Source: an uncultured Actinomycetes bacterium
Lineage (GTDB): Bacteria; SZUA-79; Acidulodesulfobacterales; Acidulodesulfobacteraceae
Direction of reading: 5' to 3'
DNA length: 64,000 bases
Assembly: GCA_964631685.1 (NCBI GenBank)
Contig: CAZVZU010000003.1
Coordinates: 32,001 to 96,000, forward strand
A program made the position numbers and the translations under genes. How positions within the stretch are numbered: position 1 is the first letter of the stretch; each line of letters starts with the position of its first letter. The notes beneath the pieces were generated by a model. The model saw nothing but the letters and a program-made list of their open reading frames with translations, was not told where the DNA came from and made no database searches. Of this stretch, positions 47,298 through 56,917 are shown one piece after another.

Positions 47298-48884
47298 ATG
47301 ATAGATAACACAACAGGCAAAGATAATTACAAGGGCTATTTTTATGTTACTACACCCATATATTATGTAAACGATATTCCGCATATTGGGCATGCGTATT
47401 CAACGGTAATTGCCGATTCTATCGCTAGATTTAAGAGGTTATCTGGTTACAAGGTATTTTTTTTGACGGGAACAGATGAGCATGGATTAAAGATAGAAAA
47501 GGAAGCAAATGCAAGGGGAATAAGCCCTAAAGAGCTTGCGGATACCGTTCATATTAAGTTTGATAATCTTTTTGATATGCTTTCCATATCCTATAACAGG
47601 TTTATCAGAACAACGGATGAAGATCACATAAAAGCGGTTCAGCTTGCATTTTCCATATTGATGGACAAGGGCGATATTTATCTTTCTGAATATGAGGGAT
47701 GGTATTGTACTCCGTGCGAGACATTTTTGACCAAAAAATCGCTCAAAGAGGGCGGTTGCCCCCAGTGCGGAAGGCTTGCGTCAAGGGTTAAAGAGGAGAG
47801 CTATTTTCTAAGATTAAGCAAATATGAAAAACAGTTAATGGACTATATCGACAGTCACCCGGAATTTATTAAACCGTCTTTTCGAAGGAATGAAGTTTTA
47901 TCCTTTATCAAGGACGGATTAAATGATTTAAGTATTTCGAGAACATCATTTAGGTGGGGCATCCCGGTACCGGGAAACAGCAAGCATGTTATATATGTCT
48001 GGTTCGATGCCCTGTTAAATTATCTTTCGGCAATAGGTTTTGGAGAGTTTAGCGGCGGGGCTAAGAACGATTTTAATTTATTTTTTGAAACCGCCAATCA
48101 TATAGTAGGCAAGGATATTCTTAAATTTCATGCTGTTTATTGGCCAATTATGCTTTTTGCTTTGAATTTACCGCTCCCAAAAACGATATTTGCACACGGT
48201 TGGTGGCTTCTGAACAACAAAAAGATGTCTAAATCTATCGGTAACGTTATAGATCCTATTGATTTGATTAATAATTATGGGACGGATTCCTTGAGATTTT
48301 ATCTTTTAAGAGAGGTAACTATAGGATTAGACGGAGATTTTAGTACGGATAATTTTATTACCCGATATAATTCTGAGCTTGCAAACGATCTGGGAAATTT
48401 GATTTCAAGAACGACTGCAATGTTAAGAAAATTTACAGGCGGTATCCTACCTAATTTTGATGCGGGGGTAGATGAAAACTTGATTAAATCTATCGACAAT
48501 ATAACGAATGCGCTAGACAAAAGATACAATAACTATGATTTTGCAAAAATATTAGAGGATATCTTTCGGTTTATTGGTAGGGTAAACAAATATATAAATG
48601 ACGCTGCCCCTTGGAAAATAGACCTATCGGAAAGTAAGGGCAGTGCGCAATTGCATAAGATATTGAGAACCGCCATTGTATCAATCTATTGTATTTCGTA
48701 CCTTATATATCCGTTTATGCCCGATACTTCGGCTAAGATTAATGCAATATTAAACATAGAGTCCTTTGAATCTTTTAGATTTTCAATTATTCCGGAAAAT
48801 ATCCTTGACGGACACCCCGTATTGTTTAAAAATGGGCACAAAATAAGCGAAAACAGAGATATTTTATTTCCAAAGATAACATGA
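47298..48884 (+). CDS. metG: Methionine--tRNA ligase (no C-terminal tRNA-binding domain)
   Basis: YVTTPIYYVN..PHIGH, TGTDEHG, YVWFDAL.NY, GKDILKFH, KMSKS. Confidence 0.96.
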   Translation: MIDNTTGKDNYKGYFYVTTPIYYVNDIPHIGHAYSTVIADSIARFKRLSGYKVFFLTGTDEHGLKIEKEANARGISPKELADTVHIKFDNLFDMLSISYNRFIRTTDEDHIKAVQLAFSILMDKGDIYLSEYEGWYCTPCETFLTKKSLKEGGCPQCGRLASRVKEESYFLRLSKYEKQLMDYIDSHPEFIKPSFRRNEVLSFIKDGLNDLSISRTSFRWGIPVPGNSKHVIYVWFDALLNYLSAIGFGEFSGGAKNDFNLFFETANHIVGKDILKFHAVYWPIMLFALNLPLPKTIFAHGWWLLNNKKMSKSIGNVIDPIDLINNYGTDSLRFYLLREVTIGLDGDFSTDNFITRYNSELANDLGNLISRTTAMLRKFTGGILPNFDAGVDENLIKSIDNITNALDKRYNNYDFAKILEDIFRFIGRVNKYINDAAPWKIDLSESKGSAQLHKILRTAIVSIYCISYLIYPFMPDTSAKINAILNIESFESFRFSIIPENILDGHPVLFKNGHKISENRDILFPKIT

Positions 48885-50326
48885 TAGATTCACATTGCCA
48901 CGTAGAGATGCAAGACTTTGAAAGCGATTTTTGCGCCATGGTCGAAAGAATGGGAGAAAATGGCGTAACGCATGCTATATCTATAGGCTCTTTGGCCCAA
49001 GACGAAAGGATAGAAAAAACCATAGACATTGTTGATTCATACGATTTTATTTATACTACGCTCGGGGTCCATCCTAAGAGCCCTTATGCTGATTTTGACA
49101 ATATTATGAAACTGTTTGAGAGCTATTATTCAAACAGTTCCGAGAAAATTATTGCCGTTGGCGAGATTGGTCTTGATTATTTTTTTAATGGCGAGGTAAG
49201 GGGGGACATAACTGAAATTAAAAACATGCAAAAGAAACTGTTTAAATTTCAGATAGAGATAGCCTTAGCACACAGGCTTCCAATTATAGTTCATGTTAGG
49301 GATGCTTATGACGATGCACTGGACATCCTAAGGGGCTACGTGGAGTCGCACGGCGGTTTTTCCGGGGGAGTAATTCATTGTTTTTCTGCTGATGACTTGA
49401 ATATTGCTACAGAATTTATAAAGTTGGGTTTTTTTATATCCTTTTCGGCAAATATTACGTATAAAAAGAATGACAATATTAGATTAACGGCAAAGAATAT
49501 TCCGAGCGAGAAGATTTTAGTGGAAACCGATAGTCCTTATCTCGCTCCACAGGTTTTTAGGGGTAAGAGAAACGAGCCTTCATATGTTCGCTTTGTCCTG
49601 CAGGAGATTGCAAGATTAAAAGGAGTTGAGCAAAAAACGCTTGATGATATTACAGTGCAAAATACTGTAAATCTTTTTTCTATTGGCGGGGTAGATGGTT
49701 TTTATCCTGCCGTTGCTTATAAAATCAGAAATTCTGTTTATGTAAACCTGACAAATAAATGCACGAATCGTTGTTCTTTCTGTCCAAAATATCAAGATGA
49801 TAAAGATAATTTCAATGTTAAGGGATACAATCTTCGATTAAAGAAAGAACCGCTGGTACATGAAGTCATTACATCTATTTTTCACTATTACGATTTTGAT
49901 GAAGTTGTTTTTTGCGGACTCGGTGAACCTACCCTAAAAATAGAGGAGCTTAAGGCTACGGCCCGGGCGATTAAAGACAAAGATGGCGGCAAAATACAGG
50001 TTAGACTCGATACGGATGGATTGGCAAATGCCATATATAACCGAAATATTGCGCGTGAACTAAGCGGACTCGTAGATAGTGTCAGTGTAAGTTTGAATGC
50101 TCACAATAGCAATTTTTATAACGAAGTATGTTTTCCTAATATAAACAAGAAAAAGGTTGATGCATATTCCGCCATTTTAGATTTTATAAGGGAATCTAAA
50201 AAATACATAGGCAAGGTCACCGCTACCGCGGTAGATTTACCGGGGCTTGATGTTTCTCATACCCGCAAGATAGCAGAAAAACTCGGTGTTGAATTTAAGC
50301 TTCGCAGATACAATAATGTTGGATAA
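48881..50326 (+). CDS. TatD nuclease fused to a TatD-associated radical SAM domain
   Basis: TatD: DSHCH, GEIGLD, IVHVR, IHCF, ETDSP. C-terminal domain: YVNLTNKCTNRCSFC, EVVFCGLGEPT, RLDTDG, SVSLNA. Confidence 0.92.
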   Translation: MIDSHCHVEMQDFESDFCAMVERMGENGVTHAISIGSLAQDERIEKTIDIVDSYDFIYTTLGVHPKSPYADFDNIMKLFESYYSNSSEKIIAVGEIGLDYFFNGEVRGDITEIKNMQKKLFKFQIEIALAHRLPIIVHVRDAYDDALDILRGYVESHGGFSGGVIHCFSADDLNIATEFIKLGFFISFSANITYKKNDNIRLTAKNIPSEKILVETDSPYLAPQVFRGKRNEPSYVRFVLQEIARLKGVEQKTLDDITVQNTVNLFSIGGVDGFYPAVAYKIRNSVYVNLTNKCTNRCSFCPKYQDDKDNFNVKGYNLRLKKEPLVHEVITSIFHYYDFDEVVFCGLGEPTLKIEELKATARAIKDKDGGKIQVRLDTDGLANAIYNRNIARELSGLVDSVSVSLNAHNSNFYNEVCFPNINKKKVDAYSAILDFIRESKKYIGKVTATAVDLPGLDVSHTRKIAEKLGVEFKLRRYNNVG

Positions 50327-50349
50327 GACAATTTTACAATAAAGCAAGA

Positions 50350-51447
50350 CTAGAACAGCTCTCCGGTGAAGCTGTGATTCAAACTACTACCGTCGGTAAT
50401 GGCGTTGTTATCATTTTCTCTCTCTATCGTTGTGCCTTCCGCGCCCTTATTTTCTTCGCCGATATCCCCGTTTGTTTCTGAAGTGTAAAATATTTTAGAA
50501 TTTAATATGTACCTATTAAATTGCTTAGAATACGGACTCCATGCCGTACTCTGATTTTCTATCATACATATAAACTGGTTTGCTTTTGCATCCATATTGT
50601 CAATAGAGTGTAGCAAGAGTGCCTCTATGGTTTTCGGCCTTTTTGGGGAGCCGAATTCTAACTCTCCATGGTGAGATGCGATGGAGTGAAGTAGTATTGT
50701 CCTTAAATTATTAGGAAAACCGGAAATTTCATCAATCTTTTTATCTATAATATTTATTCCTATGATTATATGTCCCAGAAGTTTCCCTTCATCGGAATAT
50801 TCGGCTATGTTGTTTTTATTGCTTAACTCTTCCATTTTACCGACATCATGAAGGAGTATGGATAGGATTAAAATATCTTTATTTATATATTTTTCATAGT
50901 GTTTAGAAAGAAAAACTCCCATTTTCAGCATGCTGAGCGTGTGTTCGAGCAGACCTCCTATATAACCGTGATGAATAGATTTTGCGGCAGGCATAGTTTT
51001 TAATTTTTTAACATAATTTTCGTCGTCTAAAAACTTTTTTGTCAGTGCTATAATATACTCGTCTGCCAACGTTTCGTTCATGATAGTCGAAAGTTCAGAA
51101 AACATAGCGTTTATGTCGTATTCAGTAGATTTTAAAAATAGCTTGAGCATGTCACCGTCTATCTCGCCACTGTCTATTTTTTCTAAGGCAGAAATGCTAA
51201 GCTGAAGTTCATTTTGAAATACGGATGTTCTGGATTTTATTTTAACGAAGTCTCCTGCGTCAAAGATGTTGTCATATCTTTCCACATTATCCCATATATA
51301 TCCCTTTATTTCACCAGTCTTATCGGATAATTTTAAATATATATAGGACTTTCCGGTTTTTCCGGTAGCTACGGATTTACTCTTAACAAGAAAGACCGAA
51401 TCTATTTTTTGATTTTCCTTAATATCGGAGATTAGTATTTTTTTCAT
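50350..51447 (-). CDS. yhaM: YhaM/Cbf1-family 3'-5' exoribonuclease (OB + HD)
   Basis: LSDKTGEI...IWD, PAAKSIHH.Y.GGLLEHT, LLHDVGK, G.LLGHI, SHHG..EFGSP..P.T.EA. Confidence 0.9.
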   Translation of the reverse strand: MKKILISDIKENQKIDSVFLVKSKSVATGKTGKSYIYLKLSDKTGEIKGYIWDNVERYDNIFDAGDFVKIKSRTSVFQNELQLSISALEKIDSGEIDGDMLKLFLKSTEYDINAMFSELSTIMNETLADEYIIALTKKFLDDENYVKKLKTMPAAKSIHHGYIGGLLEHTLSMLKMGVFLSKHYEKYINKDILILSILLHDVGKMEELSNKNNIAEYSDEGKLLGHIIIGINIIDKKIDEISGFPNNLRTILLHSIASHHGELEFGSPKRPKTIEALLLHSIDNMDAKANQFICMIENQSTAWSPYSKQFNRYILNSKIFYTSETNGDIGEENKGAEGTTIERENDNNAITDGSSLNHSFTGELF

Positions 51448-51612
51448 CACTACATACTAACAAAACCACGGATAAAAATCAAAATTAACTTTTTTGTTGC
51501 CAAAAAATACAATATAATATAACATCGTTGACATACTTAATGTATTCTATAAGTATATTTTAAATAAAAATCTAAAATATTCCGTTTCGTAGGGGATAAA
51601 AGCAGGTGAATT

Positions 51613-52650
51613 ATGTTTATTGATAATTTGATCGGGTTGTTTAGCAACGATTTGGCGGTTGATCTCGGTACCGCAAACACGCTTATCTATGTCAAGGATA
51701 AGGGTGTTGTCTCTAACGAACCGTCTGTTGTGGCGGTCCATACCGATTCACGTGGGGAGAAAAAGATTCTTGCCGTAGGTAGGGACGCAAAAAGGATGCT
51801 CGGCAGGACACCGGGGAATATTTCTGCGATTAGACCGATGAAAGATGGAGTTATTGCCGATTTTGAGGTTGTGGAAGCCATGCTTAAATATTTCATAAGG
51901 AAAATTCATAATAGAAAGACCATGATAAGGCCTAGGGTCATTGTGGCAATTCCGTCTGGTATTACCGCCGTCGAAAGAAGAGCGGTTAAGGAGTCCGCCG
52001 AAGCTGCAGGGGCAAGAGTGGTTTATCTTTTAGAAGAACCTGTTGCTGCTGCTATTGGGGCAGGTCTTCCCATCACAGAAGCTGCCGGTAACATGATAGT
52101 TGATATAGGTGGAGGAACTACCGAGGTTGCCGTAATATCCATGTCCGGTATAGTTTATGCAAAATCGTTAAGAGTTGGAGGCGACAAAATAGACAATGCT
52201 ATCATACAATATATTAAGAAAAAGTATAATCTGCTTATAGGGGATAGGACGGCGGAGCTTGCTAAGATGACGATAGGAACGGTCTATCCGACGCAAGAAG
52301 AGTCAAAGATGAACATAAAAGGAAGGGATTTGGTAAGCGGAATACCGAAAATTATAGAGATAACATCATCTGAGGTTTCGGAGGCTATGTCAGAACCTGC
52401 AGAACAGATAGTGGATGCGATAAGAACTACTCTAGAAAATATACCCCCTGAGCTTTCATCGGATATCGTAGATAGAGGAATTGTACTTGCAGGCGGGGGT
52501 GCACTCCTTAAAAATGTGGATCTTTTAATAAGGGAACATACCGAGCTTCCTGTCATAATAGCCGACGACCCGCTTACATGCGTGGTAAGAGGGGCGGGCA
52601 AAGCGTTAAACGAAATTAACGTATTAAAAGATATAATGCTTGAGAACTAG
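51613..52650 (+). CDS. mreB: Rod shape-determining protein MreB
   Basis: DLGTANT, EPSVVA, RPMKDGVIADF, DIGGGTTEVA, LAGGGALL. Confidence 0.98.
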   Translation: MFIDNLIGLFSNDLAVDLGTANTLIYVKDKGVVSNEPSVVAVHTDSRGEKKILAVGRDAKRMLGRTPGNISAIRPMKDGVIADFEVVEAMLKYFIRKIHNRKTMIRPRVIVAIPSGITAVERRAVKESAEAAGARVVYLLEEPVAAAIGAGLPITEAAGNMIVDIGGGTTEVAVISMSGIVYAKSLRVGGDKIDNAIIQYIKKKYNLLIGDRTAELAKMTIGTVYPTQEESKMNIKGRDLVSGIPKIIEITSSEVSEAMSEPAEQIVDAIRTTLENIPPELSSDIVDRGIVLAGGGALLKNVDLLIREHTELPVIIADDPLTCVVRGAGKALNEINVLKDIMLEN

Positions 52651-52652
52651 TT

Positions 52653-53477
52653 GTGGAAAAATTTCGTAGAAATGCAAGGTTTAAAAAGCATAAGGACATA
52701 ATAGTCTTATTTATACTGATAGTAATATCTGTTGCATTATATATCTTTTCTGTTAATGGATCTAAATTTAGCGGTTTGTTTTCTGATTTTATAGACAACT
52801 CTTTATATAACACATATAGAGTAGTGGATTATCCCTTGAATGTTTCCGAAAGATTATATGAAAATTATTTAAATGTTTTATCCGTTAAAAGTGATAATAA
52901 ATTACTCAGGGCCAAGATAAGGCTGTCTAGGTACAAACTGAACAAATATAAGGCGTATCAAATAGAAAATGAAAAGCTTAAGGCCCTTTTATTTTTAAGG
53001 AACGCGTTGCACAGAAAATCCATTCCCGCAACCATTACATTTCACGGAATAGAGGGTTGGCTGAACAGTTTTTATATCAACAAGGGCAGAAAAGACGGTA
53101 TTAAGGTAGGAAACGGGGTTTTTTCATATAGCGGGGTTGTCGGAAGGGTTGTTTACGAAACGAATAATTATGCCAAGGTCATTCCAATTACAAATCCTAG
53201 GTGTATTTTTTCTGTGGTGGATGCAAATACTGGTACCCTTGGTGTGGTGCGCGGGCTTGGGAATGGCTATATTAGTATGAGATTTGTGTTTAATTCTCAG
53301 GAAGTAAATGTAGGAGATAAAATTTTAACCTCAGGGCTGGGGGGTGTTTTTGCTTCCGGAATAAATGTTGGCAAGGTATTTGCAGTAAATAGGAAAAGTT
53401 ATAAGATATTTCAAAAGATAACAATAATCCCTTACAAAAATTTATTTAATGCTAAATATGTTCTCATCGAAGAATGA
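52653..53477 (+). CDS. mreC: Rod shape-determining protein MreC
   Basis: TM, coiled coil ENEKLKALL, INKG..DGI, GVVGRV, GDKILTSGLGGVF..GI.VG. Confidence 0.92.
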   Translation: MEKFRRNARFKKHKDIIVLFILIVISVALYIFSVNGSKFSGLFSDFIDNSLYNTYRVVDYPLNVSERLYENYLNVLSVKSDNKLLRAKIRLSRYKLNKYKAYQIENEKLKALLFLRNALHRKSIPATITFHGIEGWLNSFYINKGRKDGIKVGNGVFSYSGVVGRVVYETNNYAKVIPITNPRCIFSVVDANTGTLGVVRGLGNGYISMRFVFNSQEVNVGDKILTSGLGGVFASGINVGKVFAVNRKSYKIFQKITIIPYKNLFNAKYVLIEE

Positions 53478-53994
53478 CGCGGTAAAATATATTTATATAT
53501 TTTGTTTTTCTTTATTTTTAATGCTTATATCCTTAACATCGACAAATAATTTTAATCATATAAATATTTTTCCAAATCTTGCTCTCATAGCAATCGTTTA
53601 TATTGCCGCATATTTAGACGTTTATACCGGCGCAATATCGTCTTATCTATTGTTTTATATTTATGGTTCCCTTACCGTTTTGAATCCGGCGACTTTTTCT
53701 CTTGCGGCGGTTATTGCGTACGTCGTTTCTTACATTTTGTGGCGTAAGGTTTCAACAGACAACTGGTTTAATGAAATATTGATAACCTTTGCTGCATCCG
53801 CAGTCTATTATTTTACCCTTTTTTTTATAGTTTTTTACTCCTTAGATATGCATTTTGATTACCAGAATTTTTTCTTTCTGCACAGTATTCCTATTTCCAT
53901 AATAACGGCTGTAATTTCCCCATTGGCATTCTTATTGTTTAAAAAACTTGGCTATAAAAATTTTTCTAAAAGGAATAGAATAATTATGAATTAA
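53449..53994 (+). CDS. mreD: Rod shape-determining protein MreD (probable)
   Basis: Polytopic hydrophobic protein with PNL.LI motif, overlapping the mreC end. Confidence 0.7.
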   Translation: MLNMFSSKNDAVKYIYIFCFSLFLMLISLTSTNNFNHINIFPNLALIAIVYIAAYLDVYTGAISSYLLFYIYGSLTVLNPATFSLAAVIAYVVSYILWRKVSTDNWFNEILITFAASAVYYFTLFFIVFYSLDMHFDYQNFFFLHSIPISIITAVISPLAFLLFKKLGYKNFSKRNRIIMN

Positions 53995-54012
53995 TAATGC
54001 TTCATTTTTCAT

Positions 54013-54041
54013 TTGCATAAAATCTTGTTGGCATATAAAAT
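54013..54041 (+). promoter_or_regulatory. Internal sigma70-type promoter after mreD
   Basis: TTGCAT-N17-TAAAAT. Confidence 0.55.
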
Positions 54042-54095
54042 GGTACAGCCGCAAGAAATAATATCGATAATTTTTTAAAGAGGTTTCAGAACATC

Positions 54096-55139
54096 ATGCT
54101 TGATTTTTTAAGAAGATTTTACACCAGCGCCTTCGGTAAGGTTATTACGATCTTTGTGGGCGTCTTGTTTATTGTGGGTTTTAGTTTTCTTCCGTACATT
54201 ATCGGTGAAGGTGGAGGAATGTCGCCACGAAATGTTGCTGTCGTAAATGGAAAAGGAATCTCTATGTACGAGTTTAACAGCTATTACGGGTCGCTCGAAA
54301 ATGAATACAAAAATTTATACGGCAAGAGGCTGAACCGCAAACAGTTAAAATCACTTGACATATCAGGTGCGGCGCTGTCTTCGCTAATTGCCGACAGGGT
54401 TCTCGAATCTAAAATTGATGTATTTGGAATTTATGTTTCTAAGGATTTTATAGCAAGAAATATTGCGTCATATCGCGCATTTAAAAAAGATGGGGAGTTT
54501 AACAACGCATTGTTTGTCTCTACCTTACTTGCAAATCATACCACTCCCGCTGCTTTTGAGAAGAAATACAGATTGCAGGTAGCAAGGTCGTATATCAGGA
54601 CAATAATAGGAGAGTCCTCGGGTATGGTCGGCGGACAGTTCTTGGATGATTACAGTATTAGCAATAAATCCGTTGCTTTTAACATTGCAGTTTTTAAATC
54701 TCGGAATATTGCGAACAGCTTTCTTAAAAAATCTATCTTATTTAGCGATAGTTTTAACAAGCTTGCTAAAGAATTTGATGGAACGTTAAAATATATCCCT
54801 CTATACTCTGAGACAAACCTCGTTAAATCAAGCTATTTTAAGAAATATGGGTTGAATAGTGGCATGATAACGTCTCTCTATGACGCTCCGATCGATACGG
54901 TTATAAGTAGTGTGATTCCGGTAAAGGCAGGATTTGCGGTAATTAAGATATTAAAGGTTTATTTTCCAACGTATACCAATGTGAGTAATTATAAAAATAA
55001 AAAGAATGCATTGCTAAGTCGAAGGGAAGTATACGTACTCCAAAAGAAGAGAGGATTTTTGTATGATTATGTGGACTATCTTGAATCTAAAGCCAATGTA
55101 AAAATAAATAAAAAAGCATTGGCAACCTTTAATTTTTAA
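54096..55139 (+). CDS. SurA N-terminal domain/PpiD-like periplasmic chaperone with reduced PPIase region
   Basis: MLDFLRR + TM, VAVVNG..IS..EF, LI...L, AF..DG.FN, F..LAKEF, L..KANVKIN. Confidence 0.75.
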   Translation: MLDFLRRFYTSAFGKVITIFVGVLFIVGFSFLPYIIGEGGGMSPRNVAVVNGKGISMYEFNSYYGSLENEYKNLYGKRLNRKQLKSLDISGAALSSLIADRVLESKIDVFGIYVSKDFIARNIASYRAFKKDGEFNNALFVSTLLANHTTPAAFEKKYRLQVARSYIRTIIGESSGMVGGQFLDDYSISNKSVAFNIAVFKSRNIANSFLKKSILFSDSFNKLAKEFDGTLKYIPLYSETNLVKSSYFKKYGLNSGMITSLYDAPIDTVISSVIPVKAGFAVIKILKVYFPTYTNVSNYKNKKNALLSRREVYVLQKKRGFLYDYVDYLESKANVKINKKALATFNF

Positions 55140-55147
55140 TTTATACG

Positions 55148-55957
55148 ATGAAGAAAATTTTGAAGGATAAGATAAGTAGTCTCGAAAATATAATAAGAAA
55201 GACGGAAAAGCTTGCTGTAGCGTTCAGTGGCGGTATCGACTCCACATTTTTGCTATTTATGTCCAAAAAGGTTCTTGGCAAAGAAAATGTTATTGCTATT
55301 ACCGGTAATTCTTTTGTTATTCCGGAAAGAGAGCTTGTTTTTTGCAAGGAAAAAGCCAAGGAGTTTCAAGTAAAATACATAGTTGTTAGAACTTCAGAGT
55401 TTTTGGAGGAGTCTTACATTAAAAATGACAGAACCAGGTGTTACTTTTGTAAGATTTCGCTATTCAAAACTATTAGGTCGTATATACCAAGGGCTTACGA
55501 AATAGCGGTCGGAACTAATGCGGAGGATGTCCTTGAGAGTAATCACCACAGGATTGATATCCTTGCCGAAAAAGAATTTGACGTTTTATCTCCCTTGGCG
55601 TCATCGTCTTTTAATAAGGCGGACATACGGGAAGCATCCAAGTTTTTCGATATAGACATATGGGATAAGCCTCAAATGGCGTGCCTTGCGACAAGAATAC
55701 CACTTGGAAGCATAATAACACAGGATAAAATTAAGATGATTGCTAGTGCGGAGGATATTTTAGACTCAAATGGTTTTAAGGGAGCCAAGGTTTATCATTA
55801 CGGTAAGCTTGCCAAGATAGATATACCCAAGGAATCTGTAGTTTCACTCGTCAGTCTTGACTCCATAGACAATTTGGTGAAAGATATTAAAAGTGTAGGT
55901 TTTAAATACGTTGCAATAGATTTAGACGGTTATCAGCCAGAATCTCTTTTCGTTTAA
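55148..55957 (+). CDS. LarE-family PP-loop sulfur transferase homologue (divergent)
   Basis: VAFSGGIDS, RCYFCK, GTN, SPL, K.DIR..S, WDKP.MACLATRIP.G, GFKYVAIDL.GY. Confidence 0.85.
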   Translation: MKKILKDKISSLENIIRKTEKLAVAFSGGIDSTFLLFMSKKVLGKENVIAITGNSFVIPERELVFCKEKAKEFQVKYIVVRTSEFLEESYIKNDRTRCYFCKISLFKTIRSYIPRAYEIAVGTNAEDVLESNHHRIDILAEKEFDVLSPLASSSFNKADIREASKFFDIDIWDKPQMACLATRIPLGSIITQDKIKMIASAEDILDSNGFKGAKVYHYGKLAKIDIPKESVVSLVSLDSIDNLVKDIKSVGFKYVAIDLDGYQPESLFV

Positions 55958-55977
55958 AATAAATATGGAAATGTCGA

Positions 55978-56781
55978 ATGCTTAAGCTTGATTCAAATTC
56001 TGCAGATATGGAAAAATTTTTAGATTTCTCCATATCTCTTGCGAAAAATTGCGGTAAGATTATATCTAAATCTTTCAGAAAGGACCATTTTATTAAGTAT
56101 AAGGGTCCCATGGACATAGTTACGGATGTCGATATTGCTTCCCAATATTTAGCCGTAGAAAGTATCCGGAAAATATTTCCTCATCATTCCATTCTCGCGG
56201 AAGAGGATAACGTAAATATTTCTCACGGAACTAAATTTAAATGGATCATTGACCCTTTAGATGGTACGACCAATTATGCACACGGTATACCTATTTTTTG
56301 TTTTTCTATTGCACTTGAGATAGATTCGGAAATTGTATTAGGGTGCGCATATAATCCTATTTTAAAAGAGCTTTTTTATGCGACTAAGAGAGGGGGGTCG
56401 TATTTTAACGGCAAGAAGATAAATGTTTCGAAAAACGATTGTTTAAAAAGGAGCCTTCTATCAACAGGGTTTCCTTATGATAGGAAGACGAATCCTGATA
56501 ACAATTTTGACCATTTCAAAGATATTTCGGTTATTATTAGAGGAATCAGGAGGCTTGGGTCTGCTGTTTTAGATTTATGTTACACTGCTGCCGGTTTTAT
56601 AGACGGATATTGGGAACTTAACCTAAATCCGTGGGATATGGCTTCGGGTTACATAATAATTAAAGAGGCGGGTGGTTTAGTAAGCGATTTTTGTGGGAAG
56701 CCATTTAATATCTATGACCGGAGGATACTTGCAACCAACGGTATTATTCACGAAGAATTGTCAAGAATATTATGTAGATAA
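55978..56781 (+). CDS. suhB: Inositol monophosphatase family protein
   Basis: DIVTDVD, ILAEE, WIIDPLDGTTNYAHG, TGFPY, RRLGSA.LDLCY.A.G..DGYWE, PWD. Start may be ATG 56008. Confidence 0.92.
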   Translation: MLKLDSNSADMEKFLDFSISLAKNCGKIISKSFRKDHFIKYKGPMDIVTDVDIASQYLAVESIRKIFPHHSILAEEDNVNISHGTKFKWIIDPLDGTTNYAHGIPIFCFSIALEIDSEIVLGCAYNPILKELFYATKRGGSYFNGKKINVSKNDCLKRSLLSTGFPYDRKTNPDNNFDHFKDISVIIRGIRRLGSAVLDLCYTAAGFIDGYWELNLNPWDMASGYIIIKEAGGLVSDFCGKPFNIYDRRILATNGIIHEELSRILCR

Positions 56782-56785
56782 AAGG

Positions 56786-56886
56786 TGCGCTTTAGTCGCG
56801 TATGTTCGTGTATTATTATGCCCTACCGGAAAAGATGCGTTCGTGGGTATATAGTAATATGTGTTGACGCGGGTAAGGACGGCGTA
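56786..56886 (+). other. ~100-nt rod-like imperfect hairpin between suhB and mrdA
   Basis: CGTGTATTATTATG (56807-20) pairs with TATAGTAATATGTG (56850-63); CCC/GGG, TCGCGT/ACGCGG, CTTTA/TAAGG and TGCG/CGTA extend the stem. Confidence 0.55.
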
Positions 56887-56917
56887 AAACCGGAGGAAAA
56901 AGTTTGGTAAAGATATT

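Noticed and set aside
46564..48884. RicT without RicA/RicF, and short MetG
   Set aside because: Both are common outside Bacilli, and the gene order is conserved.
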